Positions 25,984-37,834 of a stretch of 64,000 nt of DNA are shown here, piece after piece. Position numbers and translations under genes: made by a program. The stretch lies in assembly GCF_028641065.1 (NCBI RefSeq), contig NC_073391.1, positions 5,518,001-5,582,000 of the forward strand, given 5' to 3'. The notes beneath the pieces were generated by a model that saw only the letters and a list, made by a program, of their open reading frames with translations, was not told where the DNA came from and ran no database searches. How positions within the stretch are numbered: position 1 is the stretch's first letter; the number at the start of each line of letters is the position of its first letter. The stretch is from Leucoraja erinacea. Taxonomy: Eukaryota.

Positions 25984-27084
25984 ATGTGGAATTGTTTAAT
26001 GAAGGTTTTCTCCCTACTGCTTAGTGGAAGAGAATGTTGTACATTAAGGGGCAGAACTAGAGGCATCACATCCACTGTAGCCACACTGCTAGAACTACAT
26101 AATGATCCTTCTGGTGACCGACCATTCTAAGTTTAGACATAGTCTTCCTCACAGTCGGGCGACTGAAGCAGGAGTCTATCTTATGGTCTTAAAGGTGGTA
26201 CCTGCACTTCCTGTTGGTGTTGAGTCCTAGAAATGGTTCTTTGCATTTTGGAGGCATTGAAAAGATATTCTGTGTCTCCAAAGCCATTTGTATAAAGAAC
26301 AAGTTATAATTGTGAGGTTCCACAAGAGTGGATGTCACCATGGAACACCATGCTGAAATTGTCCTTTCCAACACAACCTTTCCTACTGATACAATTTAGT
26401 TTAGTTTATTGTAACATGTACCGAGGTACTGTGAAATGCTATTGTTGCCTGCTAACCAGTCAGCAGAAAGACAATACGTGATTACAATCGAGTCACTTAC
26501 AGTGTATAGATACATGATAAGGGAATAACGTTTAGTGCAAGGTAATGCCAACAAAATCCGATCATGGATAGTCTGAGGGTCACCAATGAAGTGTTTAGTT
26601 CAGGACTGCTCTCTGGTTGTGGTAGGATGGTTCAGTTGCCTAATGACAGCTGGGAAGAAACTGTCCCTGAATCTGGCGGTGTGCGTTTTCACACTTCTAT
26701 ACCTTTTGCCTGATGGGAGAAGAGTTGTCAGTTTTCACAGTTCTCAGCATGCAGCATCGCAGGTGTAGTTTTGAGTCTAGTTCAATTTCTTAAACAAGCG
26801 ACAGACCTTTGACTGCAGAAGAGTGATGTTGTGTGTGAGTAGATGCTGCAGGGATGGGAGAGTGCTCCAGAGGCAGAGAGATTTGGTGAACAATGAAACA
26901 ACTACTGATAACTTCTCTCAGTGTCTGATACATTGACAGTGCCTGATAGGATTCAAGACAAGCCTTGTATGATATGTGCATAGAATTACATCCCTGAATT
27001 CAGTGCAAGCCTCTAAGTTAAGTTAAAGTCCTATGATATACATATGTATATATTAAGGAAGTATGATCTAAAACATACACTCAC

Positions 27085-27540
27085 TTGTTACAGAGAAAGG
27101 TTGAACAAGTTAGGGCTTTATTTTTTGGAGCGCAGAAGGTTAAGGGGGGACTTGATAGAGTTTTTTTAAAATGATGAGAGGGATAGACAGAGTTGACGTG
27201 GAAAAGCTTTTCCCACTGAGAGTAGGGAAAATTCAAACAAGGGGACATGACATGAGAATTAAGGGGACTGAAGTTTAGGGGTAACATGAGGGGGAACTTC
27301 TTTACTCAGAGAGTGGTAACTGTGTGGAATGAGCTTCCAGTGAAGGTGGTGGAGGCAGGTTCGTTTTTATCATTTAAAAATAAATTGGATAGTTATATGG
27401 ATGGGAAGGGAATGGAGGGTTATGGCCTGAGCGCAGGTATATGGGACTAGGGGAGATTATGTGTTCGGCACGGACTAGAAGGGTCGAGATGGCCTGTTTC
27501 CGTGCTGTAATTGTTATATGGTTATTATATTATATGGTTA
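27085..27540 (+). mobile_element. CR1/HER1 LINE 3' end
   Basis: LEQVRALFFGA/RRLRGDLIE...FFTQRVV remnants with a TATATGGT tail. Confidence 0.8.
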
Positions 27541-27977
27541 CTTTGAAGTGAGACAAAAATGCTGGAGAAACTCAACGGTTGAGGCAGCATCTCACATTGA
27601 AGAGGATATTTTCTGAAAACATTTTAATCAAGGCTGGTTGATTGGATTTCAGAGGTAGGTTCTCTTTATAAGGGGGGCAAAGGAAAGTCTCCAGGGCTAC
27701 AGCCAGCTATTCTTGGTTACGGGTTGTTGGTGAGGTCTCTGTGGGGAATAATCCTAAATATTTGATTGCATTCAGGGGCAGGCAGCAATACAGTTCATGC
27801 CCATTCCAGCTGAAGCTGAAGGTAGAGTAGATGAAGTTTTAGCCTCTCAGATCAGAGTGTGGATGCTACTAATGCAAAAGTGAAACATCAAACATTGAGA
27901 TGTAGCAGAGACTGGCAGCAGCAGTCTGGAATGGCCGTGATGCCAGTAACTCGAGGGACGTAATGATCACAACTACC

Positions 27978-28475
27978 GTATGATGCGGTACGATAGAACT
28001 TTATTTATCCCAGGAGGGAAATTGGTCTGCCAACAGTCATAAAACACAACTAGATACATGAAACATGAAATTAAAGTGACCAGAGGATGGTCCAGGATTG
28101 GGGATGTGCAAAGATCGAGGAGGGAGGGGAAGGGAAGGGGAGGGGGGTCAGTCTACCCCACGACAGAAGGGGGAGGAGTTGTAACAGCTTGATAGCAAAA
28201 AGGATCTCCTGTTGCGTTCTGTGCTGCATCTTGGTGGAACCAGACTGCTGCTGAAGGTGCTCCTCAGGTTGACCAGTGTGTCATGGAGGGAGTGAGCTGT
28301 ATTGTCCTAGATGGTCCACACTTTGCGGAGCATCCTCCCTTTCAAGCCCATCTCCAACTCCACCCCCAGGATGGAGCCAGCCTTCCTGATGAGCTAGTTA
28401 ATTCTGTTCACGTCTGCGGTCTTCGCCCTGTTGCCCCAGCACACGGCAGCGAAGAAGATGACACTGGCCACCACC
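27978..28475 (-). mobile_element. Rex1-type LINE 3' end, same family as 19150-19602
   Basis: Reverse-complement similarity to 19150-19602. Confidence 0.75.
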
Positions 28476-30413
28476 ATGGTAGACATGGGCAATTCACATG
28501 TATAAAGTTGTATTGCTGGTAATGGGGAAGCACAGATCTAGAAAAGGCAAATAGTGCATTTTGAATAGTCTTGGCAGAGTCTTGGGGGAAACGGGTTTAG
28601 TAAAAATTGTCTGTTCTGGGAGTAAACAAAAGCTGTCATTTTTCAGACTATTTCTCTACTTCTCTAGAAATGTATCCTTTCCAAACAGGTATAACTGTAC
28701 AGCTTCTTTACAATAATTTATGCTTCTTCCGCCTCACCAGTGGCTCCTATATTTGTTATAGAATGTGAAAACTAAAACTACAGAAATGCCACATGTTTAG
28801 AATATCTTCCCTGATTTTCAATTTCATCCCCCTAGAGCTGAAGCAAAAAGACGACTTGGTTGAGGTACTCAGCCGGTAGGGCAGCATCCATGTTGGTATA
28901 GGATGTGTGACATTGCAGATTGAGAGCCTGATGCAAGGTTTTGACCTGCAATGTCTGCAATTCCATTCCCCTCATAGATAACTCACTAATATCCTTCTGC
29001 AGACTCTTTATTTCAACAGATTCCAGCACCTGCAGTCGCTCTATGTGTCTCCTCTAGAACTACATCCAGTGCTTGATTTGCTTCTGGACTTACTTATTGT
29101 CTAGCAATATGACTTTGAGAACTCCCTTACACTCACACAGCCTTTTGCTTCCCTGCATAATCTTTCTTCCTTTAACCTTATTTTTTCTTATAAAACTGTC
29201 ACGCTTTCCCTGTGTCTTTATTCGTATTCATTTTCCAATCATTTGGCTATTCTTCAACAAAAAGCAAAGCACTGGAGGAACTCAGAGGGTCAGCCAGCAT
29301 CTGTAAAGAGCATTGAACATTTTGGGTCTGCATCCTTCTTCAGACAATATGCTATTGTTCATTAGCATTATTTGTTCAGAAGTCCTTCGCAGCTTGTTGT
29401 GTTTGGTAGAAGCTATATGGCCTGGATTATTGTCCTTTGTAAAAATGTATAATGAGAGGACATTATAGGCAGAGATGAAATGCATCTTTTGGGTAAGTGG
29501 CTTTTCGCTTGAAATGGTGCATTTGAGGGCTGCTGATTTTTCCATTAGCCTCATCTTTCTTCATCAGCACTAGCATCATTCCAGTGCTAAGCCTCAATCT
29601 TCCCAAGACACTTGATGCGCTATACAGAGGGTTGCAGATTGCCGAAGAGAGCTATTATTGCAGCCCTGAAATAACCTAGCTGGTTATTTCAGAAAGAAAA
29701 AGAAGAATTCTAATTCTTTTTTAGATTTCAAGGTAAGTTAGTCATGAGAAAAGAAATACAGACGCAAAGTACCGGAGTAACTCAGTGGGTCAGGCAGCAT
29801 ACCTGGAGAACATGGATAGGCAAAGTTTTTTTTTTCAGCTCTGGGTCCCTTCAAACTTATCAGGGTCCCGATGAACTTTTGATAAATTTCACTTAAAATA
29901 CCTGCTGTATTTCTTAATGTGATTCGCAATTAATATTGGCTAAGTCAATTATGTATATTCCTCTTCGAACAATTAAAAACAAAACAGGTAAGATTAACAT
30001 CCAGAACACATTCCTGTCTGTGTTTGCTTTATTATGGCAGAGAGGGTTCTAGACAATTGGGTTGACTGTCCTTCCACATCAGAGGTATGGGGAGGGCATT
30101 GGGACATGTTGTAGAGCACAGGCATCTAGGTACACGTGCATAGTTCCTTGAAAGTGGCGTCACAGGTCATTTAGTTTTGTTTATTGTCACGTGTACTGAG
30201 GTACAGCGATAAGATTTGTTGCATGCTAACCAGTCAGTGGAAAGACAATACATGATTATAATTGAGCCATCCACAGTGCACAGATACATGATAAAAGGAA
30301 TAACGTGAATAACATTTCACGCTAGATATAGTCCAGTAAAGTCCGATCAAAGATAGTCTGAGGGTCTCCATTGAGGTAGATAATGCTCTCTAGTTGTGGT
30401 AGGATGGTTCAGT

Positions 30414-30504
30414 CTTAAGAAGGGACTCGACCCGAAACGTCGTCCATTCCTTCTCTCCAGAGATGCTGCCTCACCCACTAGGTTACTCCAGCATTTTGAC
30501 TACC
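30414..30504 (+). mobile_element. Penelope-derived mini-element nested in a Rex1-type LINE 3' end
   Basis: 15-bp TSD GTAGGATGGTTCAGT at 30399-30413 and 30505-30519. Confidence 0.8.
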
Positions 30505-31614
30505 GTAGGATGGTTCAGTTGCCTGATGTCTATTCCTCAGAACAAATTCCCATGCAAAAATGTTGTTGTTCGTTCTATGTGATATCTCATTTGAGAGAGA
30601 TGATATCCAATGCTCAGTATCCAGATCGCGGCATGGCAGTTTCCTTTGTGACATCATGTCTCGTTATCCTATATCAATCATTCTCTCAGATACTCAAGGA
30701 TATTTAATTACATTCAAGTTGCGGTCAAAAGTATTTGATTAAACAAAAGTACTTACTGAGTGCCAGGCAGTATTCCTACACAGAGACAGGCAGCTTCTCG
30801 CAAGCTCCAAACTAAAACAATTGTTCAATGACAGTTAATCAAAACTCAAAGTGTAGGAGAAGCTCATTGGGTCAGGTGGCATCTGTGGAGCGAATGGACT
30901 AAGGTTTTGTGTCTCTTCCTCTGGCTTCATATATTGAGCAGTTAATCATATGTAGCATTTCCTAGAAGGTACACACTTAATACTACATGAAGTACATATG
31001 TTGTATGGTAATGTTACATCAAGAATACTTGGTTTCAATGATTTATATTCCATGCAAGCCATTTCATGCACACCACCAGATTCAGGGACAGTTTCTTCCC
31101 AGTTGTTATCAGGCAACTGAATCAACCTACCAAAACCAGTGAGCAGTGCTTATATACTATTTACCTCTTTGATGTCCCTCGGACTATCCTTGATTGGACC
31201 TTGCTGGATTTACCTTGCGCTAAATGTTATTCCATCATCATATGTCTGTACACTGTAAATGTATTGATTGTGTTCATGTATTGTCTTTCTGCTGACTGGA
31301 TAGTATGCAACAAAAAGCTTTTCACTGTACCTCGGCATACGTGACAATAAACTAAACTGAGTATTATTGCAAACCAGTAATGATTTCATCCAAATCTTAG
31401 ATCCTGGTCACATCTTATGTTTCAGTGGTTGGAGGCTATGACCATGCTGCTTCAGTTTTCACTATGATCATCAATGGAAAATTAATATTGGGTATCAAAC
31501 ATTAAACAATGCCAAGATTTGAGAATATCATTATGACGAATGTTTGAGTTCTTACCCTAACTGCATGGTGTGCCACTAGCATAATTAATCATAAAGAAAC
31601 ATGAAAACTTTCTG

Positions 31615-32017
31615 AAGATAGACACAAAAGCTGGAGCAACTCAGCGGGTCAGGCAGCATCTCTGGAGAAATGGGATAGGTGGCGATTCAGGTTGAGACCC
31701 TTCATCAGACTGAGATTCAGGGGATAGGGAATGAGAGATATGGACGGTACATAGGAGAAATGAATGGAAGGTATATAATAAACACCGATAATCAATAAAA
31801 TGTGGGGCACACAATTGGTTATTGTTGGCTGTGGGATAGATGACAGTAAGTAAACAGACAGAGGAACTCAACAGGATGACAGTAAAACAAGTACAATAAC
31901 TAGGGTGCGGGAGGGATGGAGAGAGAGGGGATACAAGGGTTAATTGAAGTTAGAGAAATCATACCGCTGAGGTGTAAGTTGCCCAAGCGGAACATGAGGT
32001 GCTGTTCCTCCAACTTT
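31615..32017 (-). mobile_element. Penelope-like element 3' end: ORF C-terminus, 3' UTR and hammerhead-bearing terminal repeat
   Basis: Minus strand encodes KLEEQHLMFRLGNLHLSGM..FSNFN*, the GIY-YIG C-terminal end of PLE ORFs. It continues into CTGATGAAGGGTCTCAACCTGAATC. Flanked by AACTTTCTG repeats. Confidence 0.75.
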
Positions 32018-32400
32018 CTGTTCTCCACGTGAATGGTCCAAGTCCTCATCTGAAGTATTCACTCATGATCTTCTCAGCTGATCAGTTCTCTCTCTTCATG
32101 CAGAGTTCTAACATCTGCTTTCCTTTCTGCACTTTTGCCAGTACTCATGATTTGGCACTGCCATGCACTGCTATGCAGTCGGTGTCTCAAACCTCTCCGT
32201 TATCTCCAAAGCTGGTTGGTGTTCGGATAAGATTTGCCTTGAAGTGCATTTTTCTCTTTTTTTCCTCTGTCCTTCAATTATTCACATCCTTGTGGCTAAT
32301 TTGCAAATGCACCAGTGGTTCTTATTCTAACTGAAGATAGACACAAAATGCTGGAGTAACTCAACGGGTCAGGCAGCATCTCTGGAGAGAAGGAATAGGT

Positions 32401-32428
32401 GACGTTTCGGGTCAGTACCCTTCATCAG
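32401..32428 (-). ncRNA. Minimal Penelope-type hammerhead ribozyme core within mini-element 32335-32431
   Basis: CUGAUGA-A-GGGU(ACUG)ACCC-GAAACGUC. The core is intact, with an extra A after A9 and palindromic ACGU in place of helix III. Helix I has only about 2 bp. Confidence 0.6.
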
Positions 32429-33222
32429 ACTAACTGGAACTAACTGTAACTAAATCTAACTGAATCAGGAAGGGATGTGGAGAACTGCTGAAATGTTGTT
32501 TATTCCAGTCTATTCAACTAGCACAAATGTCATATATGTCCACTACACATTTCATGCATTCGAATTATATTTAATGCAGCAAGGTAAAAATACTTTTATC
32601 ACTTTGCTTGCAATTTTAGCAGTAACACAGTCTCCCAGCATAAAAGTACATGACATTAACTTTTATGCAGTGAAATCTTATGTTCAGTTCTGGATTGGAA
32701 TAAAATTAATGGCAAAGGAAATCAGGAGGAGTGTATACTTTGTTGCTAAAGCAACATCACCCAATTAACATTGTTTCTGGCTTTAATGGTTGGTGTGCCT
32801 TCTCTTGCGTCGCTGATGTAAACCCCGTTGTAAACTCAATAATTTTGATTGTGGAGTCATTGACAATAGACAATAGACAATAGGTGCAGGAGTAGGCCAT
32901 TCGGCTCTTCGAGCCAGCACCACCATTCAATGTGATCATCCCCAATCAGTACTTTGTTTCTGCCTTCTCCCCATATCCCCGGACTCTGCTATCTTTAAGA
33001 GCCCTATCTAGCTCTCTCTTGAAAGTATCCAGAGAACCTGCCTCCCACAGTCACCCCACAGTGGCTTATTTTACTACTGTACCGAGAGTTGGCTCTCTAC
33101 AGTCAATGATGCATTTTCATGCATCCACCTTTGTTCTAGATTGAAGATTAGTTCTTGTTTGCATAAATGACTGCTAACAAAAGAAAAGAGGAAACCTATT
33201 CTGACATTACTTGTATCTTTTT

Positions 33223-33530
33223 GGCGGCACGGTGGCGTAGCGGTAGAGTTGCTGCCTTACAGCGCCAAAGACCCGGCTTCCATCCTGACTACAGGTGCTG
33301 TCTGTATGGAGTTTGTACGATCTCCCTGTGACTGCATGGGTTTTCTCCGGGTGCCACGGTTTCCTCCCCCACTCCAAAGACGTGCAGGCTCGTAGGTTAA
33401 GTGGCTTTGGTAAAATTGTCTCTCGTGTGTAGGATAGTGTTAGTGTACGGGTGATCAATGGTCAGCATGGACACAGTGGGCCGAAGGGCCTGCTTCCACG
33501 CTGTATCCCTAAAGTCTAAAGTAAAGTTTA
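33223..33530 (+). mobile_element. HE1-like V-SINE
   Basis: GGCGGCACGGTGGCGTAGCGGTAGAG head. Confidence 0.85.
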
Positions 33531-33573
33531 GAAATACAATGTATTCTAAAGCAGCCAACCCTCTTATCAGTTA

Positions 33574-33748
33574 ATAGACACAAAATTGCGGAGTAACTCA
33601 GCGGGACAGGCAGCATCTCTGGAGAGAAGGAATGGGAGACTGAAGAGGGGTCTTGACCCAGAACATCATCTATTCCTTCTCTTCAGAGATGCTGCCTGAG
33701 TTACTCCAGCACTTTGGTTTAAACCAGCATCTGCAGTTCCTTCCTACA
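33574..33748. mobile_element. Penelope-derived fold-back mini-element
   Basis: Inverted arms. 14-bp TSD CCTCT(T/A)ATCAGTTA. Confidence 0.75.
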
Positions 33749-34690
33749 CCTCTAATCAGTTATTTTAGGATATATTGAGAGCGTGGTAGGAGCAATCACA
33801 CTCTCTGTAAACGCTGAAATATTTTAGGCACATTTATAAAATATTCAAATTGAGTCCTGAGTATTTGGGAGAACTAGACACTGCAATAAAAACAAGCCTT
33901 CGTGTGACATTAACCAAGGAGTGGAGATTATTCAGGGTCTCCGGCGTTGTACCGCTACCACCGGCGTTGTAAGCCAGCAACTCTACCGCTGCATCAGCGT
34001 TCCGCCCTTTAATGTATGTAATCTGCTGTTACACTGTAAATGTCACATCACCGTCCGACCATTGTGCAGTGAGGCTGAGATCACATTATAAAGGCATTAG
34101 AAGTGAGTTTTCAGTCATCACTGGTGATTTTCCCTAGGCTTTGCACTTTGAGTGAAATTTCTGCATATCTAGGTAAAGTTGAGATTTTGCATTTCCATTT
34201 CCCATGTCAGGCATCTTTCTATGCTTTCCGAAGAAGATGGCCAATTAGTGCTGAAATACTAGAAGTTTTTGCAGTAAATTCAGGCCTGTTAAGAAACGAA
34301 GGCAGACTTTTCAAATTGGCTCCACTTAGGGACCGAACAGTTGTCAGCAAAAGGAGAATTTTATTGTTTGAGTTTTGGCTCAAATGGAACCCAGGTCCCA
34401 AGGGCAAAAAAATTATTTGACACTGCAATGGATATTTTTTCAACATGAGAGTACTGGTGCAGGTAGTTGGATGTTTTACCCAAGCACTTAGTATAAGCGT
34501 TTTGTTCCGTTTTGTTTTAGGCAAAAATATATAAAAGCTAATTTAGTTTCACACTGTGCTCAAAGTAGCCTCAGTGTGAGCAGGCAGAGATGTTTAAGGC
34601 CAGGTCTCCTTCATGAATATATTGTGAACTGACTGCTCTCAGATGTGTTCTCTAAAATATGACACCGTCCAGAGCAAATATATATCTAAT

Positions 34691-34865
34691 GTGTAGGAAG
34701 GAACTGCAGATGCTGGTTTAAACCGAAGGTAGACTCAAAAAGCTGGAGTAACTCAGCGGATTACAGTATCTCTGAAGAATGGTCTCGACCTGCAACATCA
34801 CCCATTCCCTTTCTCCAACGATGCTGTTCTGACCCGCTGAGTGACTTTAGCTTTCGTGTCCATGC
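34691..34865. mobile_element. Penelope-derived fold-back mini-element
   Basis: 11-bp TSD ATATATCTAAT at 34680-90 and 34866-76. Confidence 0.75.
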
Positions 34866-35228
34866 ATATATCTAATTTGGGTGGCCGTTACATTTGCCTG
34901 TGCAGAGCCGCCCCCCATATTCCATTGTTGCGGTTCAGATGTGTTCAAAATATGTTTGATGATCGGCAACTGGATACAAATTTTGTTGTGAGTAGTAGCA
35001 GCATTGAATGTTTTCCTACCACTTGATTAACTTTGCAATACCATAGGATGTGATGAACACCTTTATGATCTTTCCACCGGGGAGGAGGCGGACAAACAAG
35101 AGCTCATTCAACGCCAGGGATATGACAAATCATAAGAAGAGGGTAACTCCCTCCTCTTGTAATCACCTGGGCCTACAGTCAATGTAACAGTGCCATGTTA
35201 TAGAACCAGCACCAGTGGGATATTGCAT

Positions 35229-35557
35229 GGGAGGCACGGTGGCGCAGTGGTAGAGTTGCTACTTTACAGCACCAGAGACCTGGGTTTGATCCTGACTACG
35301 GGTGCTTGTCTGTACGGTGTTTGTATATTCTCCCCGTGACCTGTGTGGGCTTTCTCCGGGATCTCCAGTTTCCTCCCACACTCCAAAGACGTACAGATTT
35401 GTAAGTCAATTGACTTGGTATAATTGTAAATTGTCCCTAGTGTGCGTAGGATAATGTAAGTGTGCGGGGATCACTGGTCGGTGTGGACTCGGTGGGCTGA
35501 AGGCCTGTTTCTGCGCTGTATCTCTAAACTAAACTAAACTAAACTAAACTAAACTAA
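35229..35557 (+). mobile_element. HE1-like V-SINE
   Basis: Family match with a (TAAAC)n tail. Confidence 0.85.
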
Positions 35558-35655
35558 ATTGAATTGTGGTCAGAGAGGATGTTGATAGTGTGCTGGTGGT
35601 CAGGGAGAGTGTGGGTGGTCACGGAGGGTACTGGTGCTCAGGGAGGTAGGTGGAT

Positions 35656-35828
35656 CTTCTTCTTATCGAGTCCACACACAGGATTAGAAGTTGTTCAGCC
35701 AGAGCTGAACACACCTCTCGGCTTCTGCATAATGGTGTCTGTCTTGTCGCTTCTTGTGCTTCTTGTGCGTGGTGGTGGAAAGATTGGTGGAAACAGGGCC
35801 GTGACGTGAACGCTCTTTCCTTGACCCC
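35656..35828 (-). mobile_element. 173-bp retroposon, family B: HDV-like ribozyme head and (AAG)n tail
   Basis: Perfect 11-bp TSD GGTAGGTGGAT at 35645-35655 and 35829-35839. Minus-strand tail GATAAGAAGAAG. A second copy lies at 51817-51986. Confidence 0.9.
35777..35828 (-). ncRNA. Minimal HDV/CPEB3-like ribozyme fold (family B)
   Basis: GGGGUC AA GGAAAGA GCG UUCACGU CAC GGCCCU GU UUCCA CCAA UCUUUCC. P1 GGGGUC/GGCCCU with G1.U, P2 GGAAAGA/UCUUUCC, P3 GCG/C(A)C, L3 UUCACGU, C-containing J4/2. Confidence 0.8.
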
Positions 35829-36204
35829 GGTAGGTGGATAAGGAAGGAGGGTACTGCGTGTCAGGGAGAGTGTTGAGCGGGAGGGAGTTGGTGATGGGGA
35901 CTATGTTGGTGATCAGGGAGAGTGTTGGTCATTAAGGAGAGCGCTGAGAGTGAGAGAGGGTATTGAGGACCTGGAATGGTGTTGAGTGTCATTGAGGGTG
36001 CTGGTGGTTTGGGGAGTGTGTTTGCGCTCAGGGAGTGTGCTGATAGTTTGGGGTGGGCTGTGGTCAAGGCAGCTACTGGGAGGGTGTCTGGGAGTGTGAA
36101 TGTGATGGTTTTGAGTTTCAGGGTTGTGGTGGTTGGTGAGTGTGTTGATGTTTGGGGATGGTGTTGAGTGTCAAAGAGGGAGATTTGGGAGAATTGGGGA
36201 GGGT

Positions 36205-36740
36205 CATAGCGTTATAGAGTAATACAGTGTGGAAACAGGCCTTTCAGTCCCACACTGGCCAACATGTCCCAGCTACACTTGTCCCACCTGCTAGCATTTG
36301 ATCCATATCCCTCCAAACTTGTCCTATCCATGTACCTGTTTAACTGTTTCTTAAATGTTGGAATAGTCCCCCAGCCTCAACTACCTCCTCTGGCAGCTTG
36401 TTCCATACACCCACCACCCTTTGTGTGAAAAAGTTACCTCTCAGATTCCTATTAAATCTTTTCCCCTTCATCTTAAACTTATATCTTCTGGTCCTCGATT
36501 CACCTACTTTAGATTCAGATTCAGATTCAATTTTAATTGTCATTGTCAGTGTACAGTACAGAGACAACGAAATGCATTGGGCAAGAGACTCTGTGCATCT
36601 ACCCGATCTATTCGTCTCACGATCGTATACACCTTTATAAGATCATCCCTCATCCTCCTGCGCTCCAAGGAATAGAGTCCCAGCTTACTCAACCTCTGCC
36701 TATAGCTCACACCCTCTCGTCCTGGCAACATCCTCGTGAA
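36205..36740 (-). mobile_element. CR1/HER1 LINE 3' end with a small nested (TCTGAA)n-tailed fragment at 36510-36577
   Basis: LGLYSLERRRMRDDLIKVY and RGNFFTQRVVGVWNKLP. Confidence 0.8.
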
Positions 36741-36985
36741 AGTATTTATGGTCAGGGAGGGAGTTGGTGTTCGGAATGCATCAGATGGCTTAATGCAATG
36801 TGTTGGTGACTGGACAAGGTTGATGAGCCCGTGAGGGGCTATAGATCAATGCTTAGGGCAGAAGGGGAGACACCATAAATAAATGCTTTAAAATACATCC
36901 ACCTGAGACTTTTTTCAAAGCTAGCCTGCAACCTATTCAAGAAGGTTATTTTAATCTGTTATAAAGCAGGCTTCACAGAAACAGT

Positions 36986-37121
36986 GGGGTGGAAGATTGC
37001 AACCTTCACTTGGTCCACCCTGTTGAATGCAATCAACCTGGCGTGCTCAATCAAATAAGATCAAATAGAACAAGTTGTCCTACAACTTTAGGCTGTGCAC
37101 GCCATACTTAAGAAGAAGAAG
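36986..37121 (+). mobile_element. Family A ribozyme-headed retroposon, full length, J4/2 region deleted
   Basis: TSD ACAGAAACAGT(GG) at 36975-36987 and 37122-37134. Tail AAGAAGAAGAAG. Confidence 0.88.
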
Positions 37122-37834
37122 ACAGAAACAGTGGACGCCTTCTTCTACATGTGTGGATTGTGGGCAGCAGTTTTTGCATCCATGACTAAGACACAGAAAA
37201 CTTTGCCCTGAAGCCAGTAAGCATGCTTTGTTTTTTTTGTTAGAGAAACAGTGCGGAAACAAGCCATTCAGCCCACTGAAGTTTGAAGTTTTTGTATGCT
37301 AACCTATCAGTTACTTATCAGTTAGTTACAGTTGCAACTTACAGTATCAGTTATTGCTCTGTTACTTATCAGTTTTCAAGTTTTTTTACATATAGAAATT
37401 TTACCATGTGGAACACAGAACCGAAATACTACACACTCAGGTTACTAGGCAGTTCAACAAAGCAGAAAACAATCATCTGAGTGAATGAATGAATGATATT
37501 CTATTATCACATGTGACATGTCACAGTGAAATTCTTCATTTTGCGTACTATACACAAAATATGCAAAGAGTTGCCGTGTATATAACGCCATAAGAGTTGT
37601 AAAGTGCTCAATGTAGTCCCAGTGGTCCCTCTTTGATCTATCGGTGGCCCCTCACGGCCGTTCCTCCTTTGTTCTCTTGGCGGTACGTCCTGCACTAGCT
37701 ACTGCCATCCACCGTGGACCTGCCCGACCTCTGGCACTCACAGATTTACTCGACGTGCATGGAGCATTTGATTCTAAAAATGTCAGATACTGGTTGGTAC
37801 TTCTGGCTAATATATCGGTACCAAAAAATCCTCT

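Noticed and set aside
34220-34320. ORF segment AEILEVFAVNSGLLRNEGRLF resembling POLM exon 4 (EALEILAEAAGFEGSEGRLL)
   Set aside because: The similarity stops before the conserved RAASVLK motif. There is no phase-compatible acceptor, and exons 5-7 are not found downstream. It is probably chance, though a TBLASTN would settle it.
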